Below, piece by piece: positions 47,801 to 56,174 of a stretch of DNA of 64,000 nucleotides (position 1 is its first letter; each line of letters begins with the position of its first letter). The notes under the pieces were generated by a model. The model worked only from the letters and a program-made list of their open reading frames with translations, searched no databases and was not told the origin of the DNA. The translations under genes were made by a program, and so were the position numbers. This DNA is from an uncultured Prevotella sp. (GTDB lineage: Bacteria; Bacteroidota; Bacteroidia; Bacteroidales; Bacteroidaceae), in the NCBI GenBank assembly GCA_900548195.1, contig URJQ01000001.1, positions 1,467 to 65,466 on the forward strand. The letters run 5' to 3'.

Positions 47801-49410
47801 ATGAGAACCGTATGGGTAATACTGCTATCAATCAGGGCACTCTCTATGTTTCTTCTCTCGCAAACACTATCGGACAGGATTACGGTTCGCTGGGAGATAA
47901 GAGCAAGACCATCACTATCAGCAACGGAGCACGCCTCGGTATCTCTAACACATTGACCTCTAATCAGGTGATTTCAGTAGGCGAAGGCGGCGGAGGCGTT
48001 ACTGTAGCAAGTGGCGCAAAGCTCACTCAGAATGCTTCTATTTCAGGAGTAAAGAGCGAGGCATTTACCAAGTCAGGCGATGGAACTATGATTATGCCTT
48101 CTTCCTTCACTCCATCTAAGCTCATCATCATGGGCGGTACTGTCAATGGATATGATGGTAAGGGACCAGGCAATATCGAGTTCCGTGGAGGAACATATAG
48201 CGATGCCAATAATGAATATACTTACAGCACTCTCGCTTCCAATCTTATCGTAGAGGAAGGACAGAAAGGTACGCTCATTCTCAATCCACGATGCAACTAT
48301 ACAGGCAAACTTACCGGTGCAGGTACACTCACAGTTGTGGCTGGCGGAGTGCGCAATTATCTCAATGGTAACTGGAGCGCTTTCCAGGGAGAAGTAGTCG
48401 TTCAGGCGCAGAAACGTGGCTCTTATGACCCTTCTTTCGATTGGAATAACACCTACGGATTGCCTTATGCTACGCTCAATGTGCAGTCAGGATATGAATT
48501 CAAGAACAATGGCAAGGACGTAGCAGTCAAGAGTTTGAAGACGTCAGCTGCGGGTACTATCAGCGGTAGTGGCAAACTGATTCTCGGTGAAAATAATGAT
48601 GCCGTTATCAATGTAGCCAACTATATCTCCTGTCCTGTAGTCTATCGTGGTAAGGAAGGACAGGAAATGCGTATCACTGCAGCTAATGCAGGTCGTATTT
48701 CCAACACTATCACCGTCGAGTCAGGTGCTCTCCGCTTTACTGGAAGTAGTTCTAACAAGACAAAGTGTAATGGTGATAAATTTGTCTTTGTGAAGAATAC
48801 TGGTAAGGTATATGGTGGTAATGCTCTCTTCCATGCTGTGCAGGCTTCCAATGGTGGAGAGTTCTCTATCACAGGTACAAGTGATAACCCTACTACCATC
48901 ACCACTTCTGCCTATGCTACCACTCTCATCAATTCTGGAGCAGTGCTTGATTTCAAGTTGAAGTCGGCTACAAGCTACTCAAAACTCGTATGTAATGGTA
49001 CATTGTCATTCTACACTGGCGGTATTCTCCGTGTACGTTTGGCTGATGGTTACACCCCTACTGTGGGTTCAGAGTTCAAACTTTGGACTGCCAATAAGAT
49101 TTCCGGCGTTACAGAAGAGAAGGTTGTGCTTGAGCTTCCTGCCCTCCCTGCCGGACTTAAATGGGACACTACCGCTCTCTATGCTGCGGAAGGAGTCTTG
49201 AAAGTAGTGGCTGGCGACGCAACATCTATCGACAGCCTCCCAGCCAATGCTGAGTTTGATGCTGAGGTATTCACCGTCGATGGTAAGAGTCTTGGACGTA
49301 TCACCACCACTAAGGCTAATCTCCATCGCGCTGTCAAAGCCCTCGTAGGTGCTCGTGGCAACTATGTCGTTAAGACTAATGATGCTAATGGCGTGGTAAA
49401 CATTAAGTAA
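44824..49410 (+). CDS. PL11 rhamnogalacturonan lyase with autotransporter-type beta-strand repeats and T9SS-type tail
   Basis: LDRGLV, FLSWR, DVDGDG Ca-binding repeats, QGYHN, GLGHGDAQH, YNQPPH; then LIKQGAGNL, TKKGDGSV, TKSGDGTM, LTGAGTL repeats; C-terminal VFTVDG..GNYVVK. Confidence 0.87.
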   Translation: MKQILTFLFLMLAILPSSAQRRIDKLDRGLVGIKVNAGVFLSWRIQSDEYYDVKYNLYRNGTRIAENLDVSNFTDKGGSVDNSYTVAAVVRGKEQTQSKAIKPWAQNYFEISPKHDSSLKCTYVPNDACCADVDGDGVVEILLKYDNQQEGEQLYPKQGPKMGGADTKEYTLFEVLKLDGTVLWWVNCGPNMGDFQNNEQNIVGYDWDQDGKSEVLMRLAEGSEIHMADGTVYKIGADGKNGTSWTNYRQPKAEGSVEWFTHYGNEFLVYCNGETGKPYQCIDFPLKRYEAGETDLKKAWGDGYGHRSSKYFFGAPYLDGRHPSIFLGRGIYTRHKFVALDVDPNTHQLKERWRWTNNQAGSPWYGQGYHNYAVVDVDWDGRDEIVWGSMVIDDNGKGLSTTGLGHGDAQHHGDFDPYTYGQQGFFCNEDLPANNYRDLITSKIRHRLAGGGDDGRSLAGNFSNDMPGAMGYSGHEDPISCVTSNLESNLSKNGLGINFRIYWDGDLQEESFNNVSVSKYKKGEIATMTGCYSNNSTKATPTFMGDIFGDWREEIIERTADNKLRIFTTTIETPWRNYSLWYDKQYRNGMVWQMCGYNQPPHVSYFLGELEGITMAPPPETMTGRKEIANGGTIGSDDEVLITCETNDMTVNVQDGATPYLYIDNAPSWVQGSAKSEATAKEYPITYTYYTHTLTGGAFAGDMRLIKQGAGNLVLPNVVQTYKGNTDVWAGTLTFNGTLQNSRLWLNRLTNLNTDGGKFEKSIQADYGSVIRIGGEEAKASSLTTDSLNLGFGAIVEIDLFSDGLKADQINANVLNIEKKVWPNGGGPVYDTPVFRFKAHAAGEMSDIASGDYVLGSIAKVEGNISDIVIEGLTKQKTSLSVKEGKLVLTVKSYPEKNLVWSGDKGTTLDLDNTANLTDAESGEAEVFTTGSDILFPATASNYNVVVSNAHGAVYAKSITFDNSNKPYYLSGDSIVGEPVVTKKGDGSVYINNENRMGNTAINQGTLYVSSLANTIGQDYGSLGDKSKTITISNGARLGISNTLTSNQVISVGEGGGGVTVASGAKLTQNASISGVKSEAFTKSGDGTMIMPSSFTPSKLIIMGGTVNGYDGKGPGNIEFRGGTYSDANNEYTYSTLASNLIVEEGQKGTLILNPRCNYTGKLTGAGTLTVVAGGVRNYLNGNWSAFQGEVVVQAQKRGSYDPSFDWNNTYGLPYATLNVQSGYEFKNNGKDVAVKSLKTSAAGTISGSGKLILGENNDAVINVANYISCPVVYRGKEGQEMRITAANAGRISNTITVESGALRFTGSSSNKTKCNGDKFVFVKNTGKVYGGNALFHAVQASNGGEFSITGTSDNPTTITTSAYATTLINSGAVLDFKLKSATSYSKLVCNGTLSFYTGGILRVRLADGYTPTVGSEFKLWTANKISGVTEEKVVLELPALPAGLKWDTTALYAAEGVLKVVAGDATSIDSLPANAEFDAEVFTVDGKSLGRITTTKANLHRAVKALVGARGNYVVKTNDANGVVNIK

Positions 49411-49448
49411 TCACCTCGCTCTCTTAGCTCTTTAATAGCTTGGAAATC

Positions 49449-49509
49449 AAAATATCAATAGAGGAAAGTAAATATGAAATGATTATTTATTCTTCTCTAT
49501 TGATATTTT
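49449..49509. repeat. AT-rich inverted-repeat element copy C
   Basis: Perfect 15-bp TIR AAAATATCAATAGAG / CTCTATTGATATTTT, 38 nt after the PL11 stop. Confidence 0.72.
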
Positions 49510-49651
49510 TTTTATTGAAAGCATCTATGAAACAAATTACAGATGAGTGTTAAGAGGTATTAGTATGGGGAATGATAAGTTTGTTTGGTAAAAAGAAAAA
49601 GTCGTATTTATGTTATAAACCAAACAATTATGTAAAAAACACACTAAATAT

Positions 49652-49682
49652 TTTGTAGTTTCTAAAATAATTTGTACTTTTG
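49652..49682 (+). promoter_or_regulatory. -33/-7 promoter for the 974-aa secreted protein
   Basis: TTTG (49652-55), 19-nt spacer, TACTTTTG (49675-82). Confidence 0.62.
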
Positions 49683-49839
49683 CAACGGATTAAAACTAAC
49701 TCGCTTATAACGATTGATCTCGAAGCTGACTGTATTGCTTGTCTCTGCTAAATGAAAGCAGTAGAATCTGATACAATAACTTGTAAAATCTACGATATTA
49801 ATTTAACTGATATAAATACTAACTTAATTTCTCGAAATT

Positions 49840-52764
49840 ATGAAGAAACAACTACTCAGCATTGCATTGCTGTCTGCTTTTGTCTCAGGTGCTATGGCAC
49901 ATGAAATTGGAGACAAGGTGTATAGCAACAGTGCAAAATGGAAGATTACAGGTAAGAATCTTGTAACCAATGGTGATTTCTCAGACCTTTCTCTCTCTGG
50001 CTGGTCTGCCATTGACGAAACTGTTGACAAGTTGACTACATTCTCTGTGCTTGCAGGTCAAGGCGCTGAAGGCAAGAATGAAATCAAGGTCAACGATAGT
50101 CAGACAGACCTCAAGAATGGTATTTACCAGACTATCGCCATCGAGCAAGGTGGTACATACATCGTTTCCATGAAGGTGATGAACACCAAAGCCGCTGGTT
50201 TTACTGACTTCGACCTCACTGGTGCAAACACCAATTACATCAATGCTTATTATAACACTGACGGTGCACTCGCTACAACAAGTGGAACCAATAACACAAC
50301 TCTCTCTTATGGTGCTGACGGAGTATGCGGTGGTTATACTTTCTCTTTCACTACTGATAAGTTTACTGAGGTCAATTTCCCAGTACAAGCACCAGCAAAC
50401 GGTCAGATTGTAATCGACCTCCGCGGACTTTCTGAGGGTCTTGAAATCTGTGATGTTACCTGTCAGGCTGCAGAACAGATATATGACACACGTATCCCAG
50501 AGAAGCGTATCGCTTACATTAAGAGCGTACTCAATGGTTATGATTTCTCTAATAAAGATAGCTATGCAGATCTTGAAGAGGCAATCACAGAAGTTGAGAC
50601 ACTGATTTCTGATGGCGCAGACGAAGGTTATGAATCTGCAATGGAGAATCTTAACCTGATGTGGGATGGATTTGTAACAGACAACTTCTCCAATGTGCTT
50701 AACAGCATCAACACAGGTGCATCTGGCAACTATTCTGCAAACTGGGACAACTGGACTGGAAAGTTCAATAAGCTGAGCAGCGATGCTTCTGCCCAGAATA
50801 AAGTAAGCGGATGGTCTTGGTCAACAGACCGTTGGTGTCACAAGAATGCATCTGCAGATACACCTCTTCAGATTCAGTGGATGCGCAAATCTTCTGGCAC
50901 TTGGGATAATATCGCAACCAATACCACAACTCTCGACAAGGGTACATACTTCTTCGGATTTCAGGGCGCTGGCGGCATGATGACCCTCAACCAGCAACGT
51001 TGGGTTCGTTCTCAGGCAAAGGAATGCGCTGAGACGTATGTCTTCTTCAATAATGATACCACAGAGATGTTCCTCCTCCCTACCTCTGATGATATGGCTT
51101 CAACTTATGGCAACGTAATCTATAAGTTTGAGGTTGCAGAGGACAATACACCTGTAAAGTTCGGTATTCGTTGTAATATCGGTCAGGGACAAGTTATAGC
51201 TGATGGTTTTGATGTAAATTTCTATCATCCAGTGCTCTATAAAGTGCTTGTAGAAGGCGAGCTTACACCAGAACAGAAGACCTATCTCGGTAACGTACAG
51301 ACACAGATTGATGCCCTCAAGGGTCGTATTACAGTAGCAGAAGGCTATGTAGCAGCAGACCAGAAGACCCGTCCTTGGGGTAAGGAAAACCTTCAGAAGG
51401 GTATTGAAGAGTCAAAGAAGCGTCTCGCTGTATGGGAGGCAATGAGTGAGACCGACCGCCTCGCTACTATGGATAATTTCTCAGCAAAATATGATGCTAC
51501 TCAGGCTCCTTACTATGTAGATGATGCATACGTACTGAAAGATACTACTTATACTGATAATACAGAAAAGGCACTCCAGAATGTTATCATGAATGCTGGT
51601 GTACGCTATATCAACAATGAGTTTATCTCTGTATTTGAAAACTACAATGCTCCACTTCAGAATGTCGCTGCAATTATCAATACAGCCAACGAGACTCTCG
51701 AGAATCCGCTCTATGCAGGTGGAGACAAGACTACATTCCAAAACAAGATTTCTGAAACCAAGAAAGCTTATGATGCTATCGCTGCTGCTACAACCGATGC
51801 AACAAGAGAAGATGACGTTACACGTCTGAATGAACTCGTAAATGTTCTTGAAGCAGCTTCTGAGGCATTCAAGAAGAGCGCAGAAATCTCTCCAATCGCT
51901 ACATTCGACTTCGAAGGAGGTTACGAGAAAGTTGACAATGAGGGAGAAGTTTCCTATGTTGTCAAGAGCGTAGAAAATAACCTGAATATGGTATTCGCTG
52001 ACGGTCAGCTCTCAGATAAGGCAAATGATGTATATGATTATGATCTTTCATATCAGATTGTAAAATCAAAGAGTGAAGCTATCAATGACGGTAATATCCT
52101 CGTTATCGGTAACACTGCTAATCTCCTTGAGCTTACAGACGCAGTAGCTCCTACTTCAGATGACGTGCTCCGTATTGACTTCACAATGTATCATCCTGCA
52201 TGGGGTAACTCAGTAGGAACCCCAGAGGTATTGCTCCTCGATGCAGAGAAGAACACTATCGGTGGTTTCCGTAGAGGTAAATGGAATGCTGTTGACTACT
52301 GCTCATTCGGTGACTTCAGCGGCAAACTCTTCGAGACAGACAAACCTTCACAGTTGAAGGACTGCTTCGCTATCACTGGTGGCTCACGTGTGGATTACAA
52401 GTTGGTTTTCGACTTCAAGGCTCTTACTATGCAGGCAAGCGTAATCCAGTACAAGGGTGATGCTAAGACTTGCGAAGTATATGCAGAGACTGCAGGCGAG
52501 AGTGTTCCTTTCGGAGATGTAAAAAATCTTCCTAAGTATTTCTCTCTCAGCGGTGCAGCATCTAAGATGATGTCAGGTCGTCGTTCTTCTATCGACAATA
52601 TCAAGATTTATAGATATGCTTCAAAGGCAGCAGTATCAGGCATCACAGATGTAGAGAAAGAGGCTGCAGAGGCAAGCAAGGCTGTCAAGAAGATTGAGAA
52701 CGGTAAGATTGTAATCGTTAAGGGCGGTAAGAAGTACACCGTAGCAGGTGCACAGATCAAGTAA
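49840..52764 (+). CDS. Large secreted multidomain protein (CBM/lectin-like and helical modules, T9SS-type tail); function unknown
   Basis: Signal peptide; NLVTNGDFS..GW CBM-like start; FIVAR-like helices; FDFE...IDNIKIY module; SGITDV...KIENGKIVIVKGGKKYTVAG tail. Confidence 0.75.
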   Translation: MKKQLLSIALLSAFVSGAMAHEIGDKVYSNSAKWKITGKNLVTNGDFSDLSLSGWSAIDETVDKLTTFSVLAGQGAEGKNEIKVNDSQTDLKNGIYQTIAIEQGGTYIVSMKVMNTKAAGFTDFDLTGANTNYINAYYNTDGALATTSGTNNTTLSYGADGVCGGYTFSFTTDKFTEVNFPVQAPANGQIVIDLRGLSEGLEICDVTCQAAEQIYDTRIPEKRIAYIKSVLNGYDFSNKDSYADLEEAITEVETLISDGADEGYESAMENLNLMWDGFVTDNFSNVLNSINTGASGNYSANWDNWTGKFNKLSSDASAQNKVSGWSWSTDRWCHKNASADTPLQIQWMRKSSGTWDNIATNTTTLDKGTYFFGFQGAGGMMTLNQQRWVRSQAKECAETYVFFNNDTTEMFLLPTSDDMASTYGNVIYKFEVAEDNTPVKFGIRCNIGQGQVIADGFDVNFYHPVLYKVLVEGELTPEQKTYLGNVQTQIDALKGRITVAEGYVAADQKTRPWGKENLQKGIEESKKRLAVWEAMSETDRLATMDNFSAKYDATQAPYYVDDAYVLKDTTYTDNTEKALQNVIMNAGVRYINNEFISVFENYNAPLQNVAAIINTANETLENPLYAGGDKTTFQNKISETKKAYDAIAAATTDATREDDVTRLNELVNVLEAASEAFKKSAEISPIATFDFEGGYEKVDNEGEVSYVVKSVENNLNMVFADGQLSDKANDVYDYDLSYQIVKSKSEAINDGNILVIGNTANLLELTDAVAPTSDDVLRIDFTMYHPAWGNSVGTPEVLLLDAEKNTIGGFRRGKWNAVDYCSFGDFSGKLFETDKPSQLKDCFAITGGSRVDYKLVFDFKALTMQASVIQYKGDAKTCEVYAETAGESVPFGDVKNLPKYFSLSGAASKMMSGRRSSIDNIKIYRYASKAAVSGITDVEKEAAEASKAVKKIENGKIVIVKGGKKYTVAGAQIK

Positions 52765-52786
52765 TCCCGTCACTATAACATAAATG

Positions 52787-52827
52787 CAAGTCCCCCACTC
52801 CTTTCGTAAAATGGAGTGGGGGACTTG
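52787..52827 (+). terminator. Intrinsic terminator-like hairpin
   Basis: CAAGTCCCCCACTCC / GGAGTGGGGGACTTG perfect 15-bp stem, with T tracts shortly downstream. Confidence 0.7.
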
Positions 52828-53232
52828 ATGATTACTGATGATTTTTGTTTTTTTGCTTATTTATGATAATTCAAGTCTTTAGCTTAGGCTGGAAGCCTAT
52901 ACCGAGCGAAGCGAGAGTAACCAGTGACGAAGTCTCCGGATTAAAAAAATAAATACCAATACCTGTCTGGAAGACAGTATCAAAACAAAATCTTTCTTTT
53001 TTATTGTTATCTATAGAAAAACGAGCCAAAATTGAGCCCCTCACTCTATAAGAGTGGGGGAATTTTGTGTTAAATTGTTTTTTTTTAATGATTTATGCCG
53101 TAATCTCAATTTTTTTTAGTTACTTTGCACCTTGAAATAAAGCGACTAATAAAACTACTGACTTTTAATGTCATTTTTCGCTCTACTACTAAGAATAAAA
53201 TATAACAGACAATATACTAATTTAACCAACTT

Positions 53233-56169
53233 ATGAAGAAACTCTTTTTATGTGCGTCTTTTGCGTGCCTTGGACTCTTCTGCTCTTGTCAGAAAGATGA
53301 ATTGGTGCCAGAAGATTCAAAGCCAGAATGGCTGGGTTCGAGCATTTATGAGGAACTTAAGTCGGCTACACACCTCACTGGTACGTTTAATACATACCTC
53401 AGACTGGTGGATGATCTCGGCTATGATGAAGTACTCTCACGAACCGGAAGTAAAACCATCTTCCCTGCTAATGATGATGCCTTCGCCCGCTTCTTTGCAT
53501 CAAAGAATGCTTTCGGAGTGACATCCTATGAGCAACTCACTCCTGCTATGAAGAAGCTGCTGCTTTACAGTTCAATGCTGGACAATGCAATGCTTGCTTC
53601 TATGCTCTCTAACGTAAAGGCTGATGACAACAATGTAAGTCGTGGCGTCGCAGTAAAGCATGCTTCCAACATCTCTGTCATCGACTCTGTCACTACTATC
53701 TACAACGGCGCACTCATGCCACAGGGCAACTCTTTCTGGGATTCTTACCGCACAAGAGGTATCAATGTGGTCTATGACGCTACACGACCAATGATTGTTC
53801 ACTTCACTCGTGAACAGATGCTCAACAACAACATCACCACAACAGGTACTGATTGCGACTTCTCAATCATCCGTGGAGAAAAGGTTGGCACCAACATTGC
53901 AAACTCTGACACTGCCTATATCTACCAGACAAGGATTGTAAATCAGGACGTAACTTGTCAGAATGGTTATGTGCATCAGGTCAATGACGTAGTGCTCAAT
54001 CCTGGAAACATCGGACAAGTGCTCCGTACAGAAGATAATACTAAACTCTTCTCACGCATCGTAGATTATCACTGCGCTCCTTACTACAACGCTGTAACTA
54101 CAAACAACTATAATTCCTGGGCACGTCAGAATGGTGTAGCTACTGTCGATTCTATCTTTGAAGTACGCTATTTCGCTTCTGCTCACTCACAGGATGGTAA
54201 GCCAAATGTGCTTGATCCTTCAGGAAACTCTGTCGCTTCCAATCATCGTCTCAATTGGGACTTGGGCTGGAACCAGTATTATCCATCATCTACATCTGCT
54301 CTCGCTTTGGCTGATATGGGCGCTGTACTTGCTCCTACCGACAAAGCAATGGAGGAATACTTCTGTAATGGTGGTGGCGGTGCTTACTTTATCGAGCTTT
54401 ATGGCGACCCTGTGCTCAAGCATCAGAATACACCTGAGAACCTTCCTGCCAATCTTGATGCTATGTTCAAGAATGACCCTAACGGTATTCTTACCAGTTT
54501 CATAAACAATCTTATCCAGGGTTCATTTATCTCTACCACTCCAAGCAAGTTTGGAACCATCACTAACCAAGGTTCTGGCGACTTCATGGGACTCACAGTT
54601 TCTGACCTTAACGTAACAGAAGATGGTAAATATGACGTCGCAATCGCATGCAATGGTGTGATTTACAAGATAGCTTCTATGATTGCTCCTGATATGTATC
54701 AGTCTGTAATCGGTCCAGCAGTAACCTATCCAGATCTCTCTATCATGGGTGAGTTCGCTTCAGATAGAACTTCTGGCGCTACAGCATCTAAGTTTGGAGC
54801 CGACCTTTACTACTATCTTATGGCTATGAAGGCAAACTATTTGTTCTTCATCCCTTCAAATGAGTCAATGGCAAAGTGCTATATTGACCCCGTTTCTTTG
54901 GGAGCTTCACAGCCTCGTGCGCTTGAGTTCTACACTCATTCAGAGAAGATTCCTGGAACAGAACGCTACCAAGACTACTATGGAGTACGCCTGCATAAGG
55001 TCACTTTCGATAAGAATGGCAAGGCAACCATCAATCCTACACACTACAATGAGATATCAGATATCGAGTTAAAGAATTCTAAAAAAGAATATGAATATGC
55101 TTCTCAGGTCTATGACCTCCTCAATTACAACACTGTAGTGCTCGATGCAGGAAAGGATCCTTCAGAAAATGAGTACTTCCTTACCAAGCATGGCTGCGCT
55201 ATCCGCATCAAGGACTTCGCTGAAAGCGGTGGTAACTTCACCGGAAAGATATATGGCGGAGCACAGATAGACAATGGAATAGAGCCTGCAAACATCGTAA
55301 AAGGATGGAAAGAAAAGAATGGTTGGGCTTTTCAGCTCGACGGACTCATCCAGCCTTCACTCACAAGTGTGTATGGACTCCTCTCAAAGAATAACGATCG
55401 CTTTACAAAGTTCCTTGACCTCTGTGGCATTTTTGAAAACCAAGACCTCTTGACTTTCGCAGGAATTGATGCTACAGCCGAAATCGGAACACCACCACAG
55501 GAGCGCTACTTCGTATTCTCAAACAAGAAGAATAAGGCTCTCGACAATAATATCAACTTCTTCAACGGTTATAACTACACCTTCTTCGCACCAGACGACG
55601 ACGCTATGGACAAAGCATACGCGCTCGGACTCCCTACCGAAGATCAGATAATGGAAATCTTTGAGAAGTATAATGGTATGGAAGAAGAGGTTTCTGAGGA
55701 TGAAATGACAGAGGCAAAGGCACAGGTACTCAATATGCTTAATGCGCTCCGTGCTTTCGTACGCTATCATTTCCAGAATAATTCAGTCTTTGCAGACAAG
55801 AATGTAGCTAAGGCTACCTATCAGTCACTCTACTCTTCTGACCTCGGTATCCCTGTAAACATCACTACAGAGGCTAAGAGCGGAGTGCTCTCAGTCACCG
55901 ATGCTTCAGGCAAGACCATCACTGTAGATGCTAACAACGCGTCACTCCTTAGCAATAAGATGACTCGTGACTACGAATATAATACAGTAAAGACCAGTGC
56001 CACTTCTATCGCGGTATCTTCTTCCGCTGTGGTACATGAGGTTTCAACCCCTCTTTGCTATACTACATCAGGTCGCTATGATGACAAATGGTCAACAAGT
56101 TCAGCGCGTAAGGCTGCTGCTAAGAACTATACAGCGACTAAAAAACTCTCTAATAACTTCAAAGACTAA
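53233..56169 (+). CDS. Fasciclin-domain surface lipoprotein
   Basis: Lipobox CSC; SIYEEL, KTIFPANDDAF, CQNGYVHQV, CNGVIYKI, YTFFAPDD, VRYHF. Confidence 0.85.
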   Translation: MKKLFLCASFACLGLFCSCQKDELVPEDSKPEWLGSSIYEELKSATHLTGTFNTYLRLVDDLGYDEVLSRTGSKTIFPANDDAFARFFASKNAFGVTSYEQLTPAMKKLLLYSSMLDNAMLASMLSNVKADDNNVSRGVAVKHASNISVIDSVTTIYNGALMPQGNSFWDSYRTRGINVVYDATRPMIVHFTREQMLNNNITTTGTDCDFSIIRGEKVGTNIANSDTAYIYQTRIVNQDVTCQNGYVHQVNDVVLNPGNIGQVLRTEDNTKLFSRIVDYHCAPYYNAVTTNNYNSWARQNGVATVDSIFEVRYFASAHSQDGKPNVLDPSGNSVASNHRLNWDLGWNQYYPSSTSALALADMGAVLAPTDKAMEEYFCNGGGGAYFIELYGDPVLKHQNTPENLPANLDAMFKNDPNGILTSFINNLIQGSFISTTPSKFGTITNQGSGDFMGLTVSDLNVTEDGKYDVAIACNGVIYKIASMIAPDMYQSVIGPAVTYPDLSIMGEFASDRTSGATASKFGADLYYYLMAMKANYLFFIPSNESMAKCYIDPVSLGASQPRALEFYTHSEKIPGTERYQDYYGVRLHKVTFDKNGKATINPTHYNEISDIELKNSKKEYEYASQVYDLLNYNTVVLDAGKDPSENEYFLTKHGCAIRIKDFAESGGNFTGKIYGGAQIDNGIEPANIVKGWKEKNGWAFQLDGLIQPSLTSVYGLLSKNNDRFTKFLDLCGIFENQDLLTFAGIDATAEIGTPPQERYFVFSNKKNKALDNNINFFNGYNYTFFAPDDDAMDKAYALGLPTEDQIMEIFEKYNGMEEEVSEDEMTEAKAQVLNMLNALRAFVRYHFQNNSVFADKNVAKATYQSLYSSDLGIPVNITTEAKSGVLSVTDASGKTITVDANNASLLSNKMTRDYEYNTVKTSATSIAVSSSAVVHEVSTPLCYTTSGRYDDKWSTSSARKAAAKNYTATKKLSNNFKD

Positions 56170-56174
56170 CTACT

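Noticed and set aside
52830..52940. Hammerhead ribozyme (CTGATGA present)
   Set aside because: No correctly placed GAAA core or three supporting stems.
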